The position numbers were made by a program, and so were the translations under genes. A stretch of 64,000 bases of DNA from Lachnospiraceae bacterium. GTDB lineage: Bacteria; Bacillota; Clostridia; Lachnospirales; Lachnospiraceae. Below, piece by piece: positions 9,701 through 17,342 of this stretch. Where the stretch lies: assembly GCA_017461865.1 (NCBI GenBank), contig JAFTVQ010000085.1, forward strand, positions 6,537 to 70,536, read 5' to 3'. The notes beneath the pieces are model-generated. The model saw only the letters and a list, made by a program, of their open reading frames with translations, was not told the origin of the DNA and ran no database searches. Position 1 is the first letter of the stretch; every line of letters starts with the position of its first letter.

Positions 9701-10829
9701 CTACCTGCTCATCCGCCACCTTCTTTGCATTCTCGGCAGCTGCCGTATTAATGGAAGCTGCTGCCTCTGCGCCGAGCATGGCAAGATAGCTTTCCACATT
9801 GGTCGCATCCACCGTAACACCGGTCATTCCCGCTGCACTGAGAGCCTGCTGGACGGCTGCAATTCTTATCTGCATATAAGCCGCATCATAAATTGCTTTG
9901 TAAGTTTCCTCTGATTGTACCGCATCTCTTGCACCCGAAAAAGCATCATTCATCTGCTTATAAGTATCCGGTACCTTATTGTCTTTGTAAGCATCCAGTT
10001 CTGTCTGAAGTGCCATCTGATCGGTCTGAAGCCCGACCAAAATTGCTGCGTATGCTGCTTTCGTAGCCATCGCCTCATCCAGCATTTTACTGTACTCAGC
10101 CAGTTCTTGGGTTGCGCTGTCCTGCTCTTCTTTCAGCTTATTCTTTCCGCTTTTCAGTTCCGCTTCCGCATCTTTCAGTTCCTGTTTTGCATCATCCAGT
10201 TCAGCCTGTGCCTCATCCAGCTTGTCAGTCGCGATGCCGAGAACTTTTGCATTTAATTTATCTATTTTCTTTTCATCCAACCGGATTTCAACGGATTCCT
10301 CCACCATACCGGTCGCCGTCACACTGGCAACACCGTTCTGACGTTCCATATGCGGAATTACCGTCTCGTCCACAAAAGCGGTCAGATCATAGATATCTCC
10401 GCCGTCATAATCCACTGCCAAATACATCGTAGCCATCATATCCGGAGATATTTCCATCAGCGAAGGTGTCCCCACATTTTCAGGCAGTTCAATCTGATTC
10501 ACCTGCGTGGACAACTTAACCATCGCACTGTCCATATTGGTATCATCCGCAAACTCCAGTGTCACCAGACTGTAGTTTTCATAAGACACACTACTCACAT
10601 TTTCCACACCGTTAACCGTGCCGAGCGCAGACTCAAGCACTTGTGTCACATCGCTTTCCACCCGTTCCGGCGATGCTCCCGGATATGTCGTTATGACCAT
10701 AACATACGGAATGCTGATGGTCGGCAACAAGTCTGTTGTCAATTTCATAAAGCTGACGATTCCGAGCACAATCAGCATTACAACTGCTACCAGCACTGTG
10801 AATGGTCTTTTCACACTAAACTTTGACAT
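6732..10829 (-). CDS. RND (AcrB/AcrD/AcrF-family) efflux permease, 1365 aa, with a large coiled-coil insertion in loop 1
   Basis: Canonical RND N-terminus (FSVKRPFTVLVAVVMLIVLGIVSFMKLTTDLLPTISIPYVMVITTYPGASPERVESDVTQ). Two blocks of hydrophobic TM helices. Loop 1 is ~630 aa versus ~300 aa for loop 2. Residues ~193-525 are A/E/K/Q-rich and helical-looking. Confidence 0.85.
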   Translation of the reverse strand: MSKFSVKRPFTVLVAVVMLIVLGIVSFMKLTTDLLPTISIPYVMVITTYPGASPERVESDVTQVLESALGTVNGVENVSSVSYENYSLVTLEFADDTNMDSAMVKLSTQVNQIELPENVGTPSLMEISPDMMATMYLAVDYDGGDIYDLTAFVDETVIPHMERQNGVASVTATGMVEESVEIRLDEKKIDKLNAKVLGIATDKLDEAQAELDDAKQELKDAEAELKSGKNKLKEEQDSATQELAEYSKMLDEAMATKAAYAAILVGLQTDQMALQTELDAYKDNKVPDTYKQMNDAFSGARDAVQSEETYKAIYDAAYMQIRIAAVQQALSAAGMTGVTVDATNVESYLAMLGAEAAASINTAAAENAKKVADEQVAAQLDNIPKNVKDAIDNPKKLKAFRAMLKEQGQEEAAKNMTKKNLKKLYDIVEVRIPQIETELANLKIEIAATEKINEQIDASIAEAEAAYVDVEAGKITAAASFGAYTAQMESGLTSIEEGKTQMEQAQEQLDESREAALESANMDALLSLETLSQLIAAQNFSMPAGYIDNGDDTQVLVKIGEEFDTVQQIENMILCKIDKIGDVRISDVAAVTVIDNADDSYAKLNGNDAVILSIMKSSTAGTSAVSETLKETIEELEEEYVGLHLTPLMDQGDYIGLIINSVLSNLIWGALLAIIVLAIFLKDYKPTLVVAFSIPLSVLFAIVLMYFSDVTMNMISLSGLALGVGMLVDNSIVVIENIYRLRNKGVPAARAAVMGAKQVGGAITASTLTTICVFLPIVFTSGLTRQLFTDMALTIGYSLVASLIVALTFVPCMSATVLKNANEKSHKWFDKVIGLYEKAIRFCLKVKVVPMAVAIVLLVFCIIRVLNTGMVLLPSMGGNQMSMTMSVPAEWEVEDGYAAADDLMEKIRDIDGIVTVGIMSGGGSGDVMMSSGTNKDFSFYLILDDATGKDNGVVADKLEQIMQEGYADTEYTIATSNMDISALMSSGLQINVYGEDTDEILEVSNDMVSLLEDVKGFENVSNGQEEADRQLEITIDKDKAMRHGLTVAQIFMEISGKLTTEADVTTLNTEDGKYQVTVVNETKKITEDNLMDYEFTVKTTDDEGKEVEETHKLKEFAEISEGESIAQISRVNQERYMTVSAETMDGYNTTLLSRQVEDKLAKYQVPDGIRVEIAGESTEVMSMMEDMLLMILLAVIFIYLIMVAQFQSLLSPFIVLFTIPLAFTGGFLGLLFTGEDLSMIAMMGFLVLAGVVVNNGIVFVDYTNQLRLAGMEKHEALVETGKTRMRPILMTALTTILAMMTMALSRDASAVMSRGMVIVTIGGLAYATLMTLFIIPIMYDVFFKREIKEIDIGDEDDDSDLGGPV

Positions 10830-10955
10830 GATGATCTCTCCTGTTTATTTCTTGTTTATAGTTTTTTTATGTTATTTTTATATTTTGCCAAACATAACAA
10901 TACGAAATGAGATTACACCCCATTTCGCATTGAATAAAAATCTATTTTTTGTTTC

Positions 10956-11384
10956 TTAAATATCTCCTGCCGTTTTGAGGAACAGAGATTCCTCCTCATT
11001 GATCTTCTTTGCTTTCTGCACATATTCTTCCTGCACTTCGTTCATAAGCGGCGCAGCCTCAGCCTTTGCTTTTTCATCCAGCGCCTGTTTTACGGCTTCC
11101 TCATAGAACTCCAGCGCTGCAATATCTTCATATCCCATATAGAAATCCGCATACTCGGAATCACCCTGTCTTGTCTGTCCGCTGTAATCATAGCTTACAT
11201 CCATTCTTCTGCGCACTGCTACATAATTATCCTCAATCTTAATAAATGTAACATTTGTCGTCGTCGTCTTATTACCTTCAATCAAAAGATCTTTGCTGAG
11301 TTTCATACCGTTACTCAAGACAACACTCACTAACGTGGCATCAATATTATCAACAACTATCTGATTAAATACTTCTTTTTTCAT
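10956..11384 (-). CDS. hypothetical cytoplasmic protein (142 aa), no recognisable family
   Basis: ATG at 11384 (MKKEVFNQ...) sits 8 nt after a GGGAGG RBS. No TM segment or signal peptide. N-terminal half looks beta-rich and the C-terminal ~50 aa is acidic and helical. Confidence 0.6.
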   Translation of the reverse strand: MKKEVFNQIVVDNIDATLVSVVLSNGMKLSKDLLIEGNKTTTTNVTFIKIEDNYVAVRRRMDVSYDYSGQTRQGDSEYADFYMGYEDIAALEFYEEAVKQALDEKAKAEAAPLMNEVQEEYVQKAKKINEEESLFLKTAGDI

Positions 11385-11416
11385 ATAAAAACCTCCCAAA
11401 GCCCAATACTAGGTAC

Positions 11417-11445
11417 ATTCTACCACGATAAAAACAGCGCGTAAA
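11417..11445 (-). promoter_or_regulatory. Predicted sigma-A promoter for the 142-aa gene (and possibly the RND gene)
   Basis: Minus strand reads TTTACG (11440..11445), 17 nt, TGg TAGAAT (-10 at 11417..11422), an extended -10. Confidence 0.45.
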
Positions 11446-11468
11446 CTGTTTTTTGACAAAAGATAAAC

Positions 11469-11500
11469 AAAAAAAGCATTGAAAATTTGATATTTTCAAT
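11469..11500 (-). terminator. Putative intrinsic terminator downstream of tRNA-Glu
   Basis: Minus strand reads ATTGAAAAT-ATCAA-ATTTTCAAT (9-bp AT-rich stem), followed by GC TTTTTTT. Confidence 0.45.
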
Positions 11501-11534
11501 ACTTTCTCGGGTTGGACTGTTATAAAACAGTGAG

Positions 11535-11606
11535 CAGCTCGTAGGGGAATCGAACCCCTGTTTCCGCCGTGAGAGGGCGGCGTCTTAACCGCTTGACCAA
11601 CGAGCC
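11535..11606 (-). tRNA. tRNA-Glu (anticodon CUC), 72 nt, CCA not encoded
   Basis: Reverse complement is GGCTCGTTGGTCAAGCGGTTAAGACGCCGCCCTCTCACGGCGGAAACAGGGGTTCGATTCCCCTACGAGCTG. Cloverleaf has anticodon stem CCGCC/GGCGG, loop CT-CTC-AC and T-arm AGGGG-TTCGATT-CCCCT. Closely resembles Bacillus tRNA-Glu apart from CTC versus TTC. Confidence 0.9.
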
Positions 11607-11630
11607 ATGAGGACTTTTATGTCCTCGACT

Positions 11631-11659
11631 ATCTTATTATAAAATGCTGTGAAATGCAA
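11631..11659 (-). promoter_or_regulatory. Possible sigma-A promoter for tRNA-Glu
   Basis: Minus strand reads TTGCAT (11654..11659), 17 nt, TAAGAT (11631..11636). The -10 is weak. A better TATAAT lies only 12 nt from the -35, so it was not used. Confidence 0.3.
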
Positions 11660-11686
11660 GCACTTTTTTTAAAAAATAAATGCAAT

Positions 11687-14600
11687 TTACATCAAATCAA
11701 ACAAACTGTACTGATTTGACTCCGGAATATCTCCGAGAAGTCCCATTTCTCCCATCTTATCCAGCACACTCTGAGGTACCTTGCTGCGGCTCTTCAGATC
11801 GTCCTTGGAAAGGAACGGTCCGTCCTTTGCCGCCTCCATAATGGCCTCCGCCGCCTTATCACCCATTCCTTCAATACTGGAGAAGGACGGCATAATTTTT
11901 CCGTCAATAATCTGGAAATTGCGGGAATGCGCCCTGTATAAATCCAGCTTCATAAAATCAAAGCCGCGGGCATACATTTCCTGGACAATACGCATATCAC
12001 GAAGGGTATCCTTTTCCTTATTTGAAAGGGTATCTTTCCGTTTTTTATAATCCTCAATGTTCCGTTCCAAATGCTCTTTTCCCTGACACATCAGTTCGTA
12101 GGAAAATGCCGTGGCACGGATACTGAAAAAAGCGGTATAGTACGCAAGGGGATAATACACTTTGCAGTATGCAATTCTCCATGCCATCATAACGTAAGCG
12201 GCTGCGTGCGCTTTCGGGAACATGTACTTAATCTTACGGCAGGACCAGATATACCAGTCCGGAACATCCGCCTCCAGCATCACCTTTTCCCATTCATCCT
12301 TGACACCTTTTCCTTTACGGACACTCTCCATGATGGTAAATGCAAGGGAACTTTCCACTCCTTTGCTGATCAGGTAGACCATGATATCGTCACGGGTACA
12401 AACCGCCGTGGAAATCGTCGCCTTTCCTTCCTCAATCAGCGTCTTTGCATTTCCGAGCCATACGTCCGTACCATGGGACAGACCGGAAATACGGATCAGA
12501 TCGGAGAAAGATGTCGGACCGGCGTCGATAAGCATCTGCATGGCAAAATCCGTACCAAACTCAGGAATTCCCAAAGCTCCCAGTTTACAACCTCCCAAAT
12601 CCTCCGGCGTCACATGCAGCGCCTCCGTGGACTGAAACAGGCTCATAACCTGCTTGTCATCAAGCGGTATCTGCGTCGGATCAAGACCGGTCAAATCCTG
12701 AAGCATACGAATCATGGTCGGATCATCGTGTCCGAGAATATCAAGTTTTAAAAGGTTATGATCAATCTTATGATAATCAAAATGTGTGGTGATAATATCC
12801 GTTGTCATGTCGTTCGCCGGATGCTGCACCGGAGTAAAGGAATCGATTTCCTCTCCCAGCGGAAGAACAATAATACCTCCCGGATGCTGCCCGGTTGTAC
12901 GACGGACATTCTCACATCCTTTTGCGATACGCTCAATCTCACAACTCCGCTTGGAAATACCGCGTTCCTCATAATAATTTTTCACATAACCATACGCAGT
13001 CTTTTCCGCCAGCGTACCGATGGTACCGGCGCGGTAAGCCTGTCCGGCACCGAAAATAACCTCGGTGTATTTGTGCGCCTTACTCTGATACTCTCCGGAG
13101 AAGTTCAGGTCAATATCCGGCTCCTTATCTCCCTTGAACCCGAGGAATGTCTCAAACGGAATATCAAAGCCGTCCTTTACAAGCGGCTTTCCGCACTGCG
13201 GACAAATCCGGTCCGGCATGTCACATCCCGCCATTCCGGAATATGCTTTTACCTCCGGTGAATCAAAATCATAAAAATGACAATCCTTGCAATAATAGTG
13301 CGGACTCAGGGAATTTACCTCCGTAATTCCGGCCGCGTAAGCCACGAAAGAAGAACCTACGGAACCACGGGAACCGACAAGATAGCCATCCTCCACCGAC
13401 TTCCACACAAGCTTTTGCGCAATGATATACATCACGGCAAATCCGTTGGATATGATGGAATTCAGCTCCCGTTCCAACCGCTCCTGCACAATATCCGGCA
13501 AAGTCTCCCCGTATATCTCATGTGCCTTGCGGTAACAGATATCCGTCAATGTCTGGTCACTGTTCTCAATGACCGGCGGACATTTGTCCGGACGAACCGG
13601 GTCCACCACATCGACCATGTCTGCAATTCTGTTCGTATTGGTGATTACAACTTCTCTTGCTTTATCACTTCCGAGATATTCAAACTCTTCCAACATCTCA
13701 TCGGTGGTCCGCAGGTAGAGCGGAGCCTGGGAATCCGCATCCTTAAATCCCTTTCCCGCCATAATAATACGGCGGTATACCTCGTCCTCCGGATCAAGGA
13801 AATGCACATCACAGGTCGCGCAGACCGGTTTCCCGAACTGATCTCCCAACTCACAAATCTGCTTATTGATTGCCTTAATGTCGTCCATGGAATTGACACT
13901 TTCCACTTTTTCCGAATCAATCATGAATTCATTGTTTCCAAGAGGCTGTATCTCAAGATAATCGTAAAAACGCACAATTTTTGCAATCTCCGATTCCGAT
14001 TTGCCGTCCAGAATCGCGCGGTAAAGTTCTCCCGCCTCACAGGCACTGCCCAAAATCAAGCCTTCCCGATATTTCATAATCAGGCTCTTCGGCACTTTCG
14101 GCCTTCTGCTGAAATAATTCAGGTGAGACTCCGAGATCAGCTTATACAGATTCACACGTCCCACATCATTTTTGGCCAAAACAATGGCATGATAGGATGG
14201 CAGTTTCCGTATTGCTTCCGGACTGTCTTCTCCGAGCGCATTCACCTCATCAAGCCCTGTGATGCCCTGCTGTCTTAACATCTCAAGAAATTTTTCAAAA
14301 ATCTCTGCCGTCGCCCCTGCATCATCTACCGCTCTGTGGTGATTTTCCAAAGAAACGCCGAGTGCTTTTGCCACATGATCCAGTTTGTATTTTGCAAGAT
14401 TCGGCAGCAACACTCTTGCCAGCGCCACCGTATCAACATATGTATCATCCAAATCAATCCCTTGGCGCGCTGCCGCCACGCGGATAAATCCCATATCAAA
14501 ATCCGCATTGTGGGCCACTAAAACAGCCCCCTTACAGAATGCAAGAAACTCCGGCAAAACCGCTTCTATTTCCGGCGCATCTTTCACCATGGAATCATTG

Positions 14601-16267
14601 ATTCCGGTAAGCTGCTCAATCCGGAACGGAATCGGCTCTTTCGGGTTTACATAACTCGAAAACCGTTCCGTAATCTTCCCGTTTTGTATTTTTACTGCGC
14701 CGATTTCAATGATATTATTTTTCTCATTGGAAAAACCGGTGGTTTCGATGTCAAATACGACATAGTCCTGCTCCAAAGACTGATTTTTGGAATTGGTCAC
14801 GATATTTTTCAAATCGTCCACCAAATAAATTTCCGATCCGATAATTACCTTAAAGAAATCCTGCCTGTCCAGGGTCTTTCCTTCCTTCTCAGCCTCCGCT
14901 TTGGCCTCCTTATACAAGTCCTGCCATGTATGGAACATATCCGCAAGCGCTGCAACCACGCCGTGATCGGTAATAGCAATTGCCGGATGTCCCCATTTGT
15001 AGGCACGCTTTATAATATCCGTCACATCCGCAACACCGTCCATATCACTCATCTTGCTGTGACAGTGCAGCTCCACTCGCTTCTCCATGGCATGATCATT
15101 TCTTGCCACCCGGAAATCTTTGGATTTTTGAATGCTTTTAATCATAATCACAATATCCCGGTCAAACGCATCCTGGGTCGGGATACCCTTTACCATGACA
15201 AAGGCTCCTTTGCCCGCGCCTGCCTTAATATTGGCCAGTTCTTCATTCGGACAGAACATCTTACATTTTATTGTGTCCGTAAAATCTGTAATATTGAACG
15301 AATAAATTGTCTTTTCATTTCGGATTTCCCGCTCATCGGTCCCGAGAATCTGTCCCCGGATGACGATCTCTCCGATTTCTCCGACAACTGCATCAATCGG
15401 TGTAATCTCCCCTTCAATATCAAAGCCGTAGAGTACATCCGGATTGTCCGATTTGCGCTGTGGTCTGCGATACGGCTTATTGTCTCCTCTTCCCTGTTTG
15501 TCTTTGTCAAAGGATTTTCTCTCCTTGACCGCCGGCTGTTCCTGTTTCTCAACCGCCTGCGGCGTCTTCTCCGGTTTCCCGTCCTCTCCGCCGAACGGAT
15601 CAAAACCTACAGTTCCCATATCCACATACTCATCATCGCTGCCCTTCGGCTTTTCATCCGAAGCTGCTCTGGCTGCAATCTCCGCCACCTTTCTTGCAAT
15701 TCGGACATCGTCTTCCTTCCGGTATCTGCTCTCCTGCGGCTCCACGTATGCGATGTCAAAAATTGCCCGGATACCGCATCTTTCACAGACAATCTTCGTA
15801 AGAATATCAAGAATTTCTCTTTCCTTCTGATGATGGAGCGGAATATTTTCCACCGAAAGCAAAACCTGTCCCTTTTCCGGATATGAAAATTCACCTTTTT
15901 TCAACATGCTGTAGAGCACCGGACTGTAATTCTTCAGTTCCAACAACATACTGTCCATATACACGTCAAACAGCTTCTGCACATCATACTGGTCTGACAG
16001 GCGGAACGTCTCATATATTTTTACTTCCACCGCCGGGCGCAGCATCCCCATATCATCATCTGCAGCCGAAAAAAGCTGCCTTAGCAGCTCTTTTTCGATT
16101 TCATATATATACTGTTTTTCAATCAGTCTGTCACACGTTATGTAAACCTTGTAGAGGTCGCGCATACGGGTGGTCGCAATGCGTTCCACCGTAGCCATCT
16201 CCATATAAGCTTTACATACGCCGCTGAGTTTCAGCGTCGGAAAAACTTCAAAAAAACTTCGATTCAT
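11687..16267 (-). CDS. polC: DNA polymerase III alpha subunit, PolC type
   Basis: 1526 aa. MNRSFFEVFPTLKL N-terminus, PHP motif VELHCHSKMSDMDG, 3'-5' exonuclease motif VVFDIETTGFS, polymerase core. Low-complexity K/E/D/P linker at aa ~200-278. Confidence 0.97.
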   Translation of the reverse strand: MNRSFFEVFPTLKLSGVCKAYMEMATVERIATTRMRDLYKVYITCDRLIEKQYIYEIEKELLRQLFSAADDDMGMLRPAVEVKIYETFRLSDQYDVQKLFDVYMDSMLLELKNYSPVLYSMLKKGEFSYPEKGQVLLSVENIPLHHQKEREILDILTKIVCERCGIRAIFDIAYVEPQESRYRKEDDVRIARKVAEIAARAASDEKPKGSDDEYVDMGTVGFDPFGGEDGKPEKTPQAVEKQEQPAVKERKSFDKDKQGRGDNKPYRRPQRKSDNPDVLYGFDIEGEITPIDAVVGEIGEIVIRGQILGTDEREIRNEKTIYSFNITDFTDTIKCKMFCPNEELANIKAGAGKGAFVMVKGIPTQDAFDRDIVIMIKSIQKSKDFRVARNDHAMEKRVELHCHSKMSDMDGVADVTDIIKRAYKWGHPAIAITDHGVVAALADMFHTWQDLYKEAKAEAEKEGKTLDRQDFFKVIIGSEIYLVDDLKNIVTNSKNQSLEQDYVVFDIETTGFSNEKNNIIEIGAVKIQNGKITERFSSYVNPKEPIPFRIEQLTGINDSMVKDAPEIEAVLPEFLAFCKGAVLVAHNADFDMGFIRVAAARQGIDLDDTYVDTVALARVLLPNLAKYKLDHVAKALGVSLENHHRAVDDAGATAEIFEKFLEMLRQQGITGLDEVNALGEDSPEAIRKLPSYHAIVLAKNDVGRVNLYKLISESHLNYFSRRPKVPKSLIMKYREGLILGSACEAGELYRAILDGKSESEIAKIVRFYDYLEIQPLGNNEFMIDSEKVESVNSMDDIKAINKQICELGDQFGKPVCATCDVHFLDPEDEVYRRIIMAGKGFKDADSQAPLYLRTTDEMLEEFEYLGSDKAREVVITNTNRIADMVDVVDPVRPDKCPPVIENSDQTLTDICYRKAHEIYGETLPDIVQERLERELNSIISNGFAVMYIIAQKLVWKSVEDGYLVGSRGSVGSSFVAYAAGITEVNSLSPHYYCKDCHFYDFDSPEVKAYSGMAGCDMPDRICPQCGKPLVKDGFDIPFETFLGFKGDKEPDIDLNFSGEYQSKAHKYTEVIFGAGQAYRAGTIGTLAEKTAYGYVKNYYEERGISKRSCEIERIAKGCENVRRTTGQHPGGIIVLPLGEEIDSFTPVQHPANDMTTDIITTHFDYHKIDHNLLKLDILGHDDPTMIRMLQDLTGLDPTQIPLDDKQVMSLFQSTEALHVTPEDLGGCKLGALGIPEFGTDFAMQMLIDAGPTSFSDLIRISGLSHGTDVWLGNAKTLIEEGKATISTAVCTRDDIMVYLISKGVESSLAFTIMESVRKGKGVKDEWEKVMLEADVPDWYIWSCRKIKYMFPKAHAAAYVMMAWRIAYCKVYYPLAYYTAFFSIRATAFSYELMCQGKEHLERNIEDYKKRKDTLSNKEKDTLRDMRIVQEMYARGFDFMKLDLYRAHSRNFQIIDGKIMPSFSSIEGMGDKAAEAIMEAAKDGPFLSKDDLKSRSKVPQSVLDKMGEMGLLGDIPESNQYSLFDLM

Positions 16268-17326
16268 CTACTCATTACCCCAATTTAAAAGTTCATCTCT
16301 CAGTGTGGAAAGAAGCTGATCTTCCGGCACCTTCCGGATGATTTCTCCCTTCTTAATCAAAAGCCCTTCACCGATACCTCCTGCGATACCGATGTCTGCC
16401 TCCTTCGCCTCTCCCGGCCCGTTTACCACGCAGCCCATCACTGCCACTTTCAGATCCAGCGGTATATCTGCTACCATTTTTTCCACTTCGTTGGCCAGAC
16501 CGATCAAATCGATTCTTGTCCTTCCGCAAGTCGGACAGGATACCACTTCGATACCGCCTTTTCGAAGACCGAGTGTCCGAAGAATCAATTTTGCCGATTT
16601 AATTTCCTCCACGGGATCTCCGGTGAGAGATACTCGAATGGTATCACCGATTCCCTGATGAAGAATAATTCCAAGTCCTACCGATGACTTAATATTACCG
16701 CTTGTCAATGTGCCGGATTCCGTAATGCCGACATGAAGCGGATAGTTGGTTTTCTCTACCAGTTTTTCATGCGCAGCCACACACATAAGAACGTCCGATG
16801 ATTTGATGCTGATGACCAGATTATCATAGCCCAAATCTTCTATGATGCGCACCTTATCCAGTGCACTTTCCACAATACCCTCTGCGGTCACGCCGTGATA
16901 TTTCTCTACCAGTTCTTTTTCCAATGAACCGCTGTTTACACCGACACGGATCGGGATGTTGCGCTCTTTTGCCACATTCACCACCGCTTTCACACGGTCA
17001 ATGCTTCCGATATTTCCCGGATTGATACGGATTTTATCTGCCCCGTTTTCCATGGCGGCAATTGCCATTTTATAATCGAAATGAATATCTGCCACAAGAG
17101 GAATGTGGATCTGCTTTTTGATTTCTTTGAGCGCCTGCGCTGCTTCCGGTGTCGGAACCGTACAGCGGATGATTTCGCATCCCGCCTTTTCAAGGCGGAG
17201 AATCTGCGCAACCGTAGCTTCCACATCTTCTGTATGTGTATTGGTCATAGACTGGATCAGCACAGGGTTTCCACCGCCGATCTTTCTGTCTCCGATCTGA
17301 ATTACCTTTGTATGATCGCGATACAT
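16268..17326 (-). CDS. ispG: 4-hydroxy-3-methylbut-2-en-1-yl diphosphate synthase (flavodoxin) IspG
   Basis: IspG-like throughout (IGGGNPVLIQSMTNT, PLVADIHFDYK, SCPTCGRT, MGCVVNGPGEA). Start set to ATG 17326 (MYRDHTK...) behind GAGGAGGA. The ORF-track start would overlap rseP. Confidence 0.9.
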   Translation of the reverse strand: MYRDHTKVIQIGDRKIGGGNPVLIQSMTNTHTEDVEATVAQILRLEKAGCEIIRCTVPTPEAAQALKEIKKQIHIPLVADIHFDYKMAIAAMENGADKIRINPGNIGSIDRVKAVVNVAKERNIPIRVGVNSGSLEKELVEKYHGVTAEGIVESALDKVRIIEDLGYDNLVISIKSSDVLMCVAAHEKLVEKTNYPLHVGITESGTLTSGNIKSSVGLGIILHQGIGDTIRVSLTGDPVEEIKSAKLILRTLGLRKGGIEVVSCPTCGRTRIDLIGLANEVEKMVADIPLDLKVAVMGCVVNGPGEAKEADIGIAGGIGEGLLIKKGEIIRKVPEDQLLSTLRDELLNWGNE

Positions 17327-17342
17327 TTCCGCATCCTCCTCA

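Noticed and set aside
11400-11686. tRNA-Glu as an integration site for a genomic island carrying the orphan and RND genes.
   Set aside because: I found no integrase, recombinase, transposase or phage genes, and I did not see a repeat of the tRNA 3' half at the distal boundary (6640..6731). Base composition looks similar to the flanks by eye. It is kept only as a 'synteny break' finding, not as a mobile element.
15400-15670. PolC is ~90 aa longer than the ~1430-1440 aa I associate with Bacillus PolC. I wondered about an inserted domain or intein.
   Set aside because: The extra length is a K/E/D/P/G-rich low-complexity linker (aa ~200-278) between the N-terminal domain and the OB fold. It has no intein splice motifs or other domain signatures, so it is ordinary linker expansion.
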